DNA of 59,152 nucleotides from Chloroflexota bacterium (GTDB lineage Bacteria; Chloroflexota; Dehalococcoidia; JACPQK01): NCBI GenBank assembly GCA_016190505.1, contig JACPQM010000021.1, positions 1 to 59,152 of the forward strand, read 5' to 3'. Shown piece by piece: positions 1 to 9,624 of this stretch (position 1 is its first letter; each line of letters starts with the position of its first letter). The notes under the pieces were generated by a model. It saw only the letters and a program-made list of their open reading frames with translations, ran no database searches and was not told where the DNA came from. The position numbers and the translations under genes were made by a program.

Positions 1-265
1 AGCCCACTAAGGCCCAGGCGGTCCTGCTCCAGATGCTCGGATTACCCTTGCCGCAGCACATGAAAGTTCACGAAATGTAGTGTAGACCGTAGATATGAAA
101 CAATGCCTCTCCAGATTCGCCACTGCGGAAGTTGGGCTAGCACGGGAACGTGGCAGCGTATCGAGTTGAGCTGCGTCCGGCAGTCCATGGTTCGACAGGC
201 CCACCATGAGCGACTAAAGTTCCCCCTCTCGCAGAGGGAGAGGGTTCCCGTAGCCTGTAGCCGGC

Positions 266-1705
266 CTATTCCAGCCCCGCCAGCTTTCGGGCCAGGCGCT
301 TCTTGGCCTCCAGGTCGCCCTGGCGCAGGATCATCACCCGCTGGGCCTGGGGCGAGCCTGCCCCGTGCATGGACTCCACCGGCGCTATGCTACAGGTCAT
401 GTTCTCCAGCAGCCGGCCCAGCCTCAGGCGGTACTCGGCGGGGACCTCGCCAGCGCCCCGGTAGTACTTCTCCACGAAAGGCCCGACCCTGGGGTGGCGC
501 AGGTCGCGCTCCGAGGGCATAGTGGCCAGGAAGCCGCCCGCGATGTCCTGGGCCAGGCGGTAGATCTCGTAGATGTAGCGGGTCACGTTCTGCTTGGTGA
601 TGTTGGCCAGCATGTAGTCCACCACGTAGGCCCCGGAGGGCGTGGGCTTGCCCTCGCTGGAGCAGGCCAGGGAGCAGGCGTGCAGGGTCTCCGAGAGCAA
701 CATCATCTCGGTGAGCTTGTCCCGGATGTGGGGCGCCTTCTCCACCCCCTGGTACTCGGCCAGGGCGGCGGCAGCGCCGATGACCACATCGGCCACGCCG
801 GACTTGCACCCCCCGTAGTTCTGGCGGTGGAAGGCGGCGAAGCGCTCCACCAGCGGTCCAGCGTACTCAGCCTCGCCCGCCAAGAACACGCGCTCCCAGG
901 GCACGAGCACGTTGTCGAAGACCACCGTCGCCTCACCGCCGACCAGTCCGTAGCTGGCGTTGCCCTGGTCGAAGCCGCCCTCGATCTTGCGGGTGTCGTT
1001 GGTCTGCCGCCCGAAGATATAGACCATGCCCGGAGCGTTCGCGGGCACGGCGCAGGCGATGGCGTAGTCCTTGTCGTCAGGCCCCAGCGCCCTAGTGGGC
1101 ATGGCGATGACCTCATGCGAGTTGACCGCCCCGCTCTGGTGTATCTTGGCGCCCCGGATGACCACGCCGTCCTGGCGCCTCTCTACGATGTGGAGGTATT
1201 GGTCGGGGTCGTGTTGCTGGCTGGGGGCCAGGCTGCGGTCGCCCTTGGGGTCGGTCATGGCCCCGTCGGGCATCAGGTCGTTGTCCTGCACGAACTTGAG
1301 GTAGTCCCGGAAGCGGCCGTGGTACTGGGTGCCCTTGGCCTTGTCCATGTCGAAGGTGATGCTGTACAGTGCGTTCATGGCATCGAAGCCGACGCAGCGC
1401 TGGAAGCAGCTACCGGTGCGCTGGCCCAGGAGTCGGAGCATCTTGACCTTGGTCACCAGGTCCTGGGCGCTGTGGTGAATATGGGTGAAGCGGTTGACCG
1501 GCTGGCCGCTGAGGTTCGACGTAGCCACGCCGAGATCAGAGAACTTGGCGTCGTGGGCCAGGTTGTAGGTCTCGGCGGCGGCGTTGACATGGGGACGAAT
1601 GAGGGGGTGCTCCGTCCTATCAGCGATACGCTCCCCCAGTGCGTACACCTCGATGGGCACCTTCTTCAGGCTCTCGATGTACTGCGCGCCAGTCATTAGG
1701 GGCAT
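266..1705 (-). CDS. abfD: 4-hydroxybutyryl-CoA dehydratase / vinylacetyl-CoA delta-isomerase (flavoprotein, HpaB-like fold)
   Basis: 479 aa; N-terminus 'MPLMTGAQYIESLKK' and long colinear similarity to Clostridium AbfD (e.g. 'MTDPKGDRSLAPSQQ', 'ESMHGAGSPQAQR' C-terminal motif). Confidence 0.88.
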   Translation of the reverse strand: MPLMTGAQYIESLKKVPIEVYALGERIADRTEHPLIRPHVNAAAETYNLAHDAKFSDLGVATSNLSGQPVNRFTHIHHSAQDLVTKVKMLRLLGQRTGSCFQRCVGFDAMNALYSITFDMDKAKGTQYHGRFRDYLKFVQDNDLMPDGAMTDPKGDRSLAPSQQHDPDQYLHIVERRQDGVVIRGAKIHQSGAVNSHEVIAMPTRALGPDDKDYAIACAVPANAPGMVYIFGRQTNDTRKIEGGFDQGNASYGLVGGEATVVFDNVLVPWERVFLAGEAEYAGPLVERFAAFHRQNYGGCKSGVADVVIGAAAALAEYQGVEKAPHIRDKLTEMMLLSETLHACSLACSSEGKPTPSGAYVVDYMLANITKQNVTRYIYEIYRLAQDIAGGFLATMPSERDLRHPRVGPFVEKYYRGAGEVPAEYRLRLGRLLENMTCSIAPVESMHGAGSPQAQRVMILRQGDLEAKKRLARKLAGLE

Positions 1706-1761
1706 GTCGTGTTCCTCCTAGTCCCAATGTTTCGTCCCTAGCCTTCTGCCCACATCCACCT

Positions 1762-1859
1762 GTCATTCTGAGGGAGTGAAGCGACCGAAGAATCCGTAAC
1801 CCCAACGCTTGCCCCGGAGCACGGATTCTTCGTCCCGCTCAGGCGGGACTCAGAATGAC
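1762..1859. repeat. Nested REP-like palindrome (gtcattctgagg...cgaagaatccgt...acggattcttcg...ctcagaatgac)
   Basis: Perfect inverted symmetry visible in the sequence. The same building blocks (cgaagaatccgt / gtcattctga / tcccgac...gtcgggac) recur at ~9336, ~32790, ~38700-39000, ~48290-48420 and ~53040. Confidence 0.6.
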
Positions 1860-1954
1860 ACCGGACCCCGACACCGTAGGGGAGGAACTCCGTGTCCTCC
1901 CCGTCGCCCGACCGGGGCGGGCACGGAGTCCCGCCCCTATGGGTTTGCTTTGTT

Positions 1955-1994
1955 CCCCTCTCCCTTGACGGGAGAGGGCAGGGTGAGGGTGTGG
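1955..1994. repeat. REP-like element 'cccctctccc-ttgac-gggagaggg-cagggtgagggtg'
   Basis: Hairpin plus a G-rich tail. Family members occur at ~3322-3430, ~8010-8120, ~33570-33600, ~35960-35995, ~44500-44535, ~51355-51425, ~51955-51995 and ~53100-53215. Confidence 0.5.
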
Positions 1995-3272
1995 CTATGC
2001 TTTTGAATCAGCGTCTGCTTCGCCACCGGCCTCCGTTTGCGCCGTGCCCGTCACCTCGCTAAGGATGCTATACCCGTATTCTAGCAGTTTGCCCGCGCGC
2101 TCGGCGGGCACCTTCTTCGCCTGAAGGTAGGCCTGCAGCGCCTGCTGGGGTGCCAGCTTCTCAGGCGAGACCTCACCCAGGCGGGGCCGGCGCTCCCGGC
2201 GCACCTCGCGACTGATCCCCGCCACGTAGTGGGCCGCCTTGAGTGCCTGACGGATGTCCCCATCCCGCAGGGACTGGTCGGGCGAAAGGGAGACGTCCAG
2301 GCGCACGATGGCCCCCTCGATGTCCCGGCTAGCCAGTGCCCGGAGCACAGTGGCCGTGGGGTCGGGGTCGCCGGCGGGCACCGACACACTTACCTCGACA
2401 AAGGGACGCGCCGGCACCTCCACAAATCTGGGGGGGCCTACGAGCCGATGCCCCGATGGCTTGGCCGGGTCGAGGTCCACCAGGCAGAAGCCCTTGGGTT
2501 CGCCCGCCTCGGAGAAGTCCAGCCGCTCCAGGCTGCCCGCGTAGACCGCTGGAGGCCAGGAGGCGATCTCCTGATGGCTGTGGACGTGGCCCAGGGCCAC
2601 GTAGTCCAGGGAGGGGTGAGAGAGGTGGCTGGGGAGCAGGTCGGGCTCGCCATTGGCCATCATGCGGCCCTCGGAGCCACGCCGGGCGCCCCGCACAGCC
2701 ACGTGGGCGGCCAGCACCGCGGGCAACGTCGGATCAAGCTGGTCCAGATAGCCGCGAAGCTGGCCTACCGCCGCCTGGCGCATGCGCTCCATGACCTGGT
2801 CCAGCGAGAGGCCCTTGCTGTCCTCTCGGGCGAGCAGCCCCGAGCGGCGCAGCCAGGGCAGGCTGGCTATTTGGAGCGGCCCAGCCCTGGTGGCCACGGT
2901 ATGTATGCCAGGCCGGGCGGCCACGGTGATGCGCTCCACGGCCAGGGTATCGAAGATCTCGACCGAGGTAGCCCTGGCGAAGGCGTGGGGCAAGTCGTGG
3001 TTGCCCACCAGCAGGAACACCGGCATGCCTGCTTCCACCAAACGGCGCAGGCGCCGGGCGAGCTCCCGCTGGTGGGTCTGCGAAGGCTCGCGGCTCTTGT
3101 AGGCGTCCCCGGCGAAGAGGACCAGGTCCACGCCCTCGGCCAGGGCGCTGTCCACCAGCCCATCCAGGCAGCGCAGGAAGTCCACCAGCCGGGAGGGCAG
3201 GCCAGTGGTGGGGTCGGTGCCCCCGTAGGCCTCTACCCCCAGGTGCAGGTCAGCGAAATGCAGGATACGCAC
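1995..3272 (-). CDS. sbcD: DNA repair exonuclease SbcD/Mre11 family (calcineurin-like phosphoesterase)
   Basis: 425 aa; 'MRILHFADLHLG', 'GDAYKS', 'LLVGNHD', 'ALGHVH' phosphoesterase motifs. No sbcC within 3 kb on either side. Confidence 0.82.
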   Translation of the reverse strand: MRILHFADLHLGVEAYGGTDPTTGLPSRLVDFLRCLDGLVDSALAEGVDLVLFAGDAYKSREPSQTHQRELARRLRRLVEAGMPVFLLVGNHDLPHAFARATSVEIFDTLAVERITVAARPGIHTVATRAGPLQIASLPWLRRSGLLAREDSKGLSLDQVMERMRQAAVGQLRGYLDQLDPTLPAVLAAHVAVRGARRGSEGRMMANGEPDLLPSHLSHPSLDYVALGHVHSHQEIASWPPAVYAGSLERLDFSEAGEPKGFCLVDLDPAKPSGHRLVGPPRFVEVPARPFVEVSVSVPAGDPDPTATVLRALASRDIEGAIVRLDVSLSPDQSLRDGDIRQALKAAHYVAGISREVRRERRPRLGEVSPEKLAPQQALQAYLQAKKVPAERAGKLLEYGYSILSEVTGTAQTEAGGEADADSKA

Positions 3273-3689
3273 GTTTCAATTGCCTCTTGTCATCACGTCG
3301 AGAATGAGGCGCGGTGGAGCCCCCCTCTCCCTCGACGGGCGAGACTAAGGTGAAGGTGAGGTCTGCCCCTGAAGACGTCGAGCCTCCCGCTCACTCTCGC
3401 TCTCTCCCTCCAGGGGAGAGAGGGGGCTGACTCCCCGATAGGCGACGACGGCCCCAACGCGCCCGCGCTCACCCGCCGTGGCGGGAGGCCATGAATGGCA
3501 GAAGCACTAGCAATTACCGTTCAGTTCAGTCACAGTTGGCAGCACGTGTATAATACCACCACAGGCAAGGACGTGGCATGATCCGACCTATGGTCCCGTC
3601 CCCGCTCGTACGCGGTGCTATCAGAGTTCGGCCTAGCGCCATTGAGCGTCGAACTGGAGTGGCAATGGACAATGACGAAAACACAATAG

Positions 3690-5213
3690 GTGTTTTTGGC
3701 CGAGCCCAGCACACTGCGAGGGACGTGGCGGCAAGAAGGAGTGGCACACGTGGATGATACCCTGCATGACCTCACTCTTCTGGTAAGTGGTAGAATCCAA
3801 GAAGAGGGCAAGTCAGCCAAGGACGTTTTGAAAGCTCTTTTCGGAAGCCGCTACTACGAACGCCACTACGCGAAGACAGGCTTGAGGGACGCCTTGAAAC
3901 TTGGTGCCGGTGACGAGGGTGACCAGGGAGTACCGTTTGCAGGGCTGATCAATCCAGATAATCCTGAAACTGGCCCCTACGGCGGGACGAGCGTAGTGTG
4001 GTTCCCCTCTAGGGGGCGAGGAAGCCTGCTGGCACTCGTGGTCGGCACTCGCGGTCTGTCGCCGGACGAAGGTATCCTGACTCGACCCGGGCATCGCCGC
4101 CGGGCTGCGGCTCTGCGCCGACTACTTGGCAGGACCGGCGTAGAAGTCTGGTCAAAACCTGACCCCGCCAACCTCGGTGCGGCGATACCCAAGGCGTCGG
4201 CGCAGCGATTCCCAGGCTTTGAAAACGTATTCAAAAGGTACGGACATGAACTGTACCTCATTGCGCAGGTGCCGGGCCCGGAAAACGCGGATGTGGCCCG
4301 GGCGGTCGTGCAGGCTTTCTTCGATCTGTACTCATATGAACGCGGGTGGGAGATATTCGCCGCACGCAAGACGGAACGTGAGGAGTTGCTTGGCCACTTG
4401 CGAGCGGACCTTTTTCCCCAGGTCACGGCCGACCTGGTTCATGATGTGCTGCTGGCGCGTCATTTCGTGGTGTTGCAAGGGCCTCCAGGCACGGGCAAGA
4501 CGCGGCTTGCATCAGAAGTCCTGCGGCGGCACTACACGGGCAGAGGGATGACCATCCAGTTCCATCCGGCGGTCACATATGAGGACTTCGTTGTCGGGTT
4601 GTCGCCAGATATCAGCAACCAAGAATCCCTTCGTTTTGGTGTCCGCCCCGGATGGCTCTGCCAAGCGTGCGAGTCTGCGAACAACGATCGTTTCCTGCTC
4701 GTCATCGATGAAATGAACCGGGCCGATCTAGGCAAAGTTCTGGGGGAGGCCATTTATCTGTTCGAGCCTGGAGATGTTGGCACGCGGACGGTTGTGCTCG
4801 CCCATCCCGTGAGCGGCAGAACCGCCCTGTCCATACCTAACAACCTCTACGTGCTGGGCACCATGAACACTGCGGACAGGACAATCGCTGGCGTTGACCT
4901 GGCCATCCGGCGTCGTTTCTCTTTCATCACCATGATGCCCGATCGCGATGTGGTTGCAGCTCAAGGGTTGAAGCTGGCAACAGATTGGTACGACCGTATC
5001 TCTGATGTATTTGTGGAACACGCGCCGGATGACGCACTGAACCTGCTGCCCGGCCACTCGTACTACCTGGCGAATGACGAATTGGAACTGAAGAAGCGAC
5101 TCCGCTATGAACTGTTGCCCCTCATAGATGAGTACTTGCGGGAGGGTTACCTAGGCCCTGCGACCAACGAAATGAGCGCAGTGCGCAATGCAATGGAAGA
5201 CGCGGTGAGATGA
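3690..5213 (+). CDS. mcrB: McrB-like AAA+ GTPase of a type IV (modification-dependent) restriction system, with an unrecognised ~250-aa N-terminal domain
   Basis: Walker A 'VLQGPPGTGKT'; McrB signature 'LLVIDEMNRADLGKVLGEAIYLFE' and 'GTMNTADRTIAGVDLAIRRRF'. The stop overlaps the next gene start (ATGATG at 5210). Exact start codon is uncertain. Confidence 0.82.
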   Translation: MFLAEPSTLRGTWRQEGVAHVDDTLHDLTLLVSGRIQEEGKSAKDVLKALFGSRYYERHYAKTGLRDALKLGAGDEGDQGVPFAGLINPDNPETGPYGGTSVVWFPSRGRGSLLALVVGTRGLSPDEGILTRPGHRRRAAALRRLLGRTGVEVWSKPDPANLGAAIPKASAQRFPGFENVFKRYGHELYLIAQVPGPENADVARAVVQAFFDLYSYERGWEIFAARKTEREELLGHLRADLFPQVTADLVHDVLLARHFVVLQGPPGTGKTRLASEVLRRHYTGRGMTIQFHPAVTYEDFVVGLSPDISNQESLRFGVRPGWLCQACESANNDRFLLVIDEMNRADLGKVLGEAIYLFEPGDVGTRTVVLAHPVSGRTALSIPNNLYVLGTMNTADRTIAGVDLAIRRRFSFITMMPDRDVVAAQGLKLATDWYDRISDVFVEHAPDDALNLLPGHSYYLANDELELKKRLRYELLPLIDEYLREGYLGPATNEMSAVRNAMEDAVR

Positions 5214-6649
5214 TGCCCACAAAGGCTCGACGCAGAGGAGATCGGGGGGCCTTAAGATGGCAGTCATCTCGCATGCCAGAACCGAAGCGGCTCCTGGTGG
5301 CCTCTGACCACGGGCCGCCGGTCACTGTCCCACCCGAGAGCTTTGCCCCGACCCAGCGAACAGATGGCTGGGGACCCTATGCCGAAACGTTCCTGTGCCT
5401 TAACGCCGACGCCCTTCGCTCTGTGGGCGTGGTTGCCGAACTGGCTGGCCATTCGGGTGGGGTTTCGGTCGCCCTGCTGCCCGGTGAGCGGGCGGGAGCC
5501 GTACCCTTGCGGTCTGCGCTCACTGGACTGGTAGCAGGCGGTCTAATCGTCAAGCCGAGATTCGGGTGGGACGGTGTGGGACAGATTCTGCATGAGACCG
5601 GCTGGCATGCGGCGCCAGAGTTCCTTGGTCTGCCGCTGGTGCCGGGCAGCGCGCGCGAGGTGCCGCCATGGGTGGTGGCCGGTCCTGTGTTGGCCCGCCT
5701 TGAGTCTCTGTTGCACTCGCTATCCCCTGGTTACCGCCAGGCACACGAAGTACTTGTGAAGCCCCGAGGGCGCGTGATCTGGCCGGAATACCTTGGCCGT
5801 TCATTTGTTCGGGGAGCGTGGCATCACGTGCCATGCCAGTTCCCAGATCTGGCAACAGACCCCCTGCTTCGCCGTCACATCAGATGGACGCTTGAACGGA
5901 TTCGCCGTGACCTGCTTGCGGTAGGCGGCACGGACCACTTCGCTTTGGGCCTTGCTGCATTGGCGATTCGGCTGATTGACACATTCCTTGCCGACGTAGC
6001 CCCTTTGGTGCCCGGCCGTGACCAACTCGAGGGTCGTCTGGCTGGTGGTCAGATCACAGCAGAAGTGGTTCGGCGAGGAATTGAAGCTATCGCCTGGGTT
6101 GTTGACGAGCGTGGTCTTGGGGGAGGGTGTGAACGTGAGGGTCTTGCGTGGGTTCTGCCACTAGATAGGCTGTGGGAGAGCCACGTGGAGAGCGTATGCC
6201 GGCGAGAGGCAGGCAACACTGGTGGCGACGTAAGGGTCGGACGCTTGGGGCAGACCGTTTTCCCAATTGAATGGTCAGATCCGGCACACCGCACCCTTGG
6301 GCACCTGGTCCCCGACATAGTTATTCAGCGCGGACGTTCAGTCCAGGTCGTCGATGCCAAATACAAGGCCCACCTTTCCGAGGTGGACGAGAGGGGTTGG
6401 AGGGAGTTCCAAGAAGCGACACGCGATGCGCACCGTGCTGATCTCCACCAGATTCTGGCCTACGCGTCTCTATACGAGGCAGACCAAGTTACCGCGACGC
6501 TGGTGTACCCCCTCCGCAGGCCAACGTACCTCGCTCTTCGGGAACGCGGCCGTGATCGTTCTTTCGCGGACCTGTACCATGGTGGTCGGCACGTGCGGTT
6601 AGAGCTTCGAGGACTCCCGTTCGGGGCGATAGCTCCGGACTGGAACTAG
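5210..6649 (+). CDS. mcrC: McrC-like PD-(D/E)xK endonuclease subunit
   Basis: 479 aa; translationally coupled to the McrB-like gene; C-terminal 'LVPDIVIQRGRSVQVVDAKYKAH' matches the McrC D-x(n)-(D/E)AKYK catalytic motif. Confidence 0.78.
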   Translation: MMPTKARRRGDRGALRWQSSRMPEPKRLLVASDHGPPVTVPPESFAPTQRTDGWGPYAETFLCLNADALRSVGVVAELAGHSGGVSVALLPGERAGAVPLRSALTGLVAGGLIVKPRFGWDGVGQILHETGWHAAPEFLGLPLVPGSAREVPPWVVAGPVLARLESLLHSLSPGYRQAHEVLVKPRGRVIWPEYLGRSFVRGAWHHVPCQFPDLATDPLLRRHIRWTLERIRRDLLAVGGTDHFALGLAALAIRLIDTFLADVAPLVPGRDQLEGRLAGGQITAEVVRRGIEAIAWVVDERGLGGGCEREGLAWVLPLDRLWESHVESVCRREAGNTGGDVRVGRLGQTVFPIEWSDPAHRTLGHLVPDIVIQRGRSVQVVDAKYKAHLSEVDERGWREFQEATRDAHRADLHQILAYASLYEADQVTATLVYPLRRPTYLALRERGRDRSFADLYHGGRHVRLELRGLPFGAIAPDWN

Positions 6650-6662
6650 TAGTTAGCTTCCA

Positions 6663-7891
6663 TAATAGTGTTGCAATGAACGGGGTTTGGCAGTATGCTG
6701 GTCACAACATGACGTGGAGGACTGCTGCCGATGCCCTTTGTGAGCTCTCGTGCCAAGCTGGAGTTGACTGAGCAGGAAGGGGCCGAATTGGAGCGTATCG
6801 CTCATGCTCGGACCGAGCCAGCCCGGCGGGTGGAACGAGCCCGGATCCTGCTGGCCTATCACGAGGGGGAGACGGTATCGGCGATCGCACGGCGGGTTGG
6901 CGTGGCACGCCCGACGGTGGAGCGCTGCGTGGGGAAAGCCCTGAGTATGGGGGCGATGGTGGCGCTGGCTGACCTGCCCGGCCGCGGCAAGCCGGCGACG
7001 CTGACGACCGAGGCCAAGGCATGGATGCTTGATCGCGCATGCCAGAAGCCGTCCGCGCTGGGCTATCCCTACGAGCTGTGGACGACACGGCTGTTGGCGC
7101 AAGACGCCAGGACCCATGGGCCAGCCGCCGGACACCCCAGCCTGGCGCACTTGGGAAGGGGCACCGTGTCCAAGCTTTTGAGAGGGGCCAAAGTGCGTCC
7201 TCACAAGATCGCGTATTACCTGGAGCGACGGGACCCGGAGTTCGCCGGCAAGATGGCCCAAGTGCTCTGCGTCTACAGAGAGGTCCAAGTGGCACGGGAG
7301 AGCGTTGCTCCCCCATCCCAGCAGGTAGTTGCCTGGCTGTCCTATGATGAGAAGCCAGGCATCCAGGCATTGGCCACCACCGCCCCGGACCGCCTCCCGG
7401 TGCCCGGGCTGCACCCGACGGTGGCTCGGGACCACGAATACGTGCGGCTGGGGACTTCGACTTTGCTGGCAGCCCTGGATCTGCTGACCGGGCAGGTCTG
7501 GGGCATGATGATGGACCGGCACCGCAGCGCGGAGTTCATTCAGTTCCTCTGCATGCTGGATGGCAAATACCCCAAAGGCGTCAAGCTTCGGCTCATCTTG
7601 GACAACCATTCTGCCCACATCTCGCGGGAGACGCGTCGGTTCTTGGAGACCATGCCGAACCGGTTTGACTTCATTTTCACCCCTATACACGGCTCCTGGT
7701 TGAACCTTGTCGAGTCCTTCTTTGGCAAGCTGGCGAGGACCCTGCTGCGAGGGATGCGGGTCAGTACCAAGGAGGAACTCAAGCGTCGCGTCGAAGAGCA
7801 CTTGGTGGACCTCAACGACAGCCCGGTAGTCTTCCGCTGGCGCTATCGGATGGAGGACCTTTCCGTCGTATGACGTATTGCATCTCTATTA
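6663..7891 (+). mobile_element. IS630-family insertion sequence with an intact transposase
   Basis: Imperfect terminal inverted repeats 'taatagtgttgcaat' (6663-6677) and 'attgcatctctatta' (7877-7891; 13/15 match). TA dinucleotides at both junctions, as expected for IS630/Tc1-like elements. Confidence 0.75.
6731..7873 (+). CDS. IS630-family DDE transposase
   Basis: 380 aa; N-terminal HTH ('RARILLAYHEGETVSAIARRVGVARPTVERC'); DDE region 'LILDNHSAHIS', 'GSWLNLVESFFGKL'. Confidence 0.88.
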   Translation: MPFVSSRAKLELTEQEGAELERIAHARTEPARRVERARILLAYHEGETVSAIARRVGVARPTVERCVGKALSMGAMVALADLPGRGKPATLTTEAKAWMLDRACQKPSALGYPYELWTTRLLAQDARTHGPAAGHPSLAHLGRGTVSKLLRGAKVRPHKIAYYLERRDPEFAGKMAQVLCVYREVQVARESVAPPSQQVVAWLSYDEKPGIQALATTAPDRLPVPGLHPTVARDHEYVRLGTSTLLAALDLLTGQVWGMMMDRHRSAEFIQFLCMLDGKYPKGVKLRLILDNHSAHISRETRRFLETMPNRFDFIFTPIHGSWLNLVESFFGKLARTLLRGMRVSTKEELKRRVEEHLVDLNDSPVVFRWRYRMEDLSVV

Positions 7892-8157
7892 AGGAATCAA
7901 CGTACTAGGCGGCGTGCGGGCGCGGGCCCTTCGGTCGTCCGTCCACGGAAGGACTCCGTCAAGAGTTTCTCATGGGTATTCACATACGCACCACGAAGCA
8001 CGAGAATCACCCCTCTCTCCCATTGGAGGGGGAGAGCGAGAGTGAGCGGGAGGCTGGACGTGGTGAGAGGCGACCCTCACCTACACCTGTCCCGTCGAGG
8101 GAGAGGGGGGACACCACCCCCGTTTTCAGAGTGATGACATGACAGGGAGCGCGGCAG

Positions 8158-8609
8158 TTAGTCCTCTATCGCTGGCGTCTTTTCCAGGTGGTGGGTGACC
8201 GGGTTGACCTTGAAGCCGAGCATCTCCAAAGTCGTGTATCCCACCAGGGGCCGCTCCCCGTTGCTGCCCAACGCCACCAGCACTGGCCGCCTGACACCTT
8301 CGATCTCTACCTCGGCAAGGGCGAGACGGCGCGTCACGGTACGGCCGTCCCCCAATCGGTGGGCACTTCGTACTGGCCCAGAACACCCAGCCGTTCGGCG
8401 GTGGAGCGGGGCACCTTGGTGAAGGTGGCGCCAGTGTCCACCAGGGCTTCCAACGACTCAGAGCCGCGAGACCCGTGCAGCAAAAGAGTAACGAGTGTTT
8501 GGCCCAAGTGTGCCTCCTTGCCTAGCCCGCCGCCGGGTACTCGCCAATCCATCTTACCAGGGTGGAGGCGCCTTTGATGCTGTCGTAGAAGGGCTTGTCG
8601 CAGGTCCAT
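8158..8609 (-). pseudogene. Retropepsin-like (clan AA) aspartic protease, frameshifted
   Basis: ORF 8334-8609 carries 'LVDTGATFTKVP' (the DTGA active site). The remainder of the domain ('PVLVALGSNGERPLVGYTTLEMLGFKVNP') continues in another frame in ORF 8158-8355, with the two overlapping at 8334-8355. Confidence 0.5.
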
Positions 8610-8971
8610 AGCTCGCAGCCCTCGGCCTGGGCCAGGGCCAGGTAGGCGGCGTCGTAGGCCGAAAGCCGGTGCTCCAGGGCTAGCGCAAACACCCGCTGGG
8701 GCGCTACTTCCCGCAGTTCAACGCCCACAGTCGTAAGCATGTCCAGTGCCTGAGTTGCCTGCGAGAGATTGAGCCGGCGTTGCCTCAACGCACTCACGAT
8801 CCCATTGACCATCTCGTAGGCAAACAACTGCGGCGCCATCGCTACGATGACGTTGCGGACACGCCAGTCCCGCCGCAGGGCATTTGCCTGGCGGACGTAA
8901 GGCTCGTCTAGCAGTTGCCACTTGAGCGCTACCGATGCGTCCACCACCACAGGCCGGGGCAGGCTTACCAT
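8522..8971 (-). CDS. vapC: PIN-domain ribonuclease toxin (VapC-like)
   Basis: 149 aa; 'VVVDASVALKW' N-terminal PIN motif; lies immediately downstream of a small antitoxin-like gene. Confidence 0.78.
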   Translation of the reverse strand: MVSLPRPVVVDASVALKWQLLDEPYVRQANALRRDWRVRNVIVAMAPQLFAYEMVNGIVSALRQRRLNLSQATQALDMLTTVGVELREVAPQRVFALALEHRLSAYDAAYLALAQAEGCELWTCDKPFYDSIKGASTLVRWIGEYPAAG

Positions 8972-8974
8972 CGT

Positions 8975-9253
8975 CTACCGGCGCCGCCCTTCCTCCACAA
9001 GCTGCCAAGTAGGGACACCTATGGGGCCGATTTCCTCCCTCAGCTTGTCCATTCGCTCGATGAAGGCTTCCCACTCTTGGGGCGTACTGGGTCTGGCGAC
9101 TTCGCCACTTTGTTCGTCTATGTGGTGCTCGATGGCTTCCAGGCAGAAGTCGCTGACGGTCATGCCCCGCTTGGCGGCAGCCACCTTGATACGCCGCTTC
9201 ATGCCCTCGTCCCTCAGGTCGAGGCCCAATCTGATCCTCGTTTTCGTTGCCAT
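8975..9253 (-). CDS. vapB: Antitoxin (RHH/CopG-like) partner of VapC
   Basis: 92 aa; 'RIKVAAAKRGMTVSDFCLEAIEHHI' ribbon-helix-helix-like; 4-bp spacing to the PIN gene. Confidence 0.65.
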   Translation of the reverse strand: MATKTRIRLGLDLRDEGMKRRIKVAAAKRGMTVSDFCLEAIEHHIDEQSGEVARPSTPQEWEAFIERMDKLREEIGPIGVPTWQLVEEGRRR

Positions 9254-9335
9254 TCCCCGTCACCTCAGACCCAAGCTAACATTGTGGCGCCATGTCGTCA
9301 AGACGCCACGCCATTGCCCACAAGGCGCCGGGGGC

Positions 9336-9383
9336 ACGGATTCTTCGGTCGTCCCGATGCGTCGGGACTCCCTCAAGAATGAC
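9336..9383. repeat. REP-like palindrome (acggattcttcg...tcccgatgcgtcgggac...caagaatgac)
   Basis: Inverted symmetry around 'tcccgatgcgtcgggac'; same family as the element at 1762-1859. Confidence 0.5.
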
Positions 9384-9415
9384 ATGAGAGGACCCTGGTC
9401 ACAGCCCCAGCCGCT

Positions 9416-9622
9416 CTAGGCCACCCGGCCCTTAAGCTCGTAGGCGATGCCGTGGGGTTCAGCCACGTGCTCCGAGGCGTCCAGCACCTCCAGAGACACG
9501 ATCTTGCCATCGCGCCCATAGTCAATGATGATGCCCTCGCCGACCTCGTCGCTTTCCGCCACAGTCTCATCACGCAGTATGAGGCTCAGCGTATCCGATT
9601 CAGCGTCGTAGATTACTTTCAC
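9416..9622 (-). CDS. DUF2283-family small protein (antitoxin-like partner of DUF4258)
   Basis: 68 aa; 'KVIYDAESDTLSLIL...GIIIDYGRDGKIVSLEVLDASEH' is the typical DUF2283 pattern. Confidence 0.68.
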   Translation of the reverse strand: MKVIYDAESDTLSLILRDETVAESDEVGEGIIIDYGRDGKIVSLEVLDASEHVAEPHGIAYELKGRVA

Positions 9623-9624
9623 AC

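Noticed and set aside
365-1699. 444-aa plus-strand ORF antisense to abfD; similar long antisense ORFs exist at 2229-3353, 10200-11813, 13460-14218, 14305-15349, 22127-23590, 25311-26348, 28270-29031, 33280-33873, 40115-41113, 42159-43115, 45033-46238, 55548-56732 and 55786-57030
   Set aside because: High-GC genomes generate long stop-free frames opposite real genes. These products are low-complexity (Gly/Arg/Pro/Ala-rich), lack motifs and start signals, and each overlaps a strongly supported gene.
6653-7801. 382-aa minus-strand ORF overlapping the IS630 transposase
   Set aside because: Antisense to an intact DDE transposase with clear motifs; composition-driven artefact.
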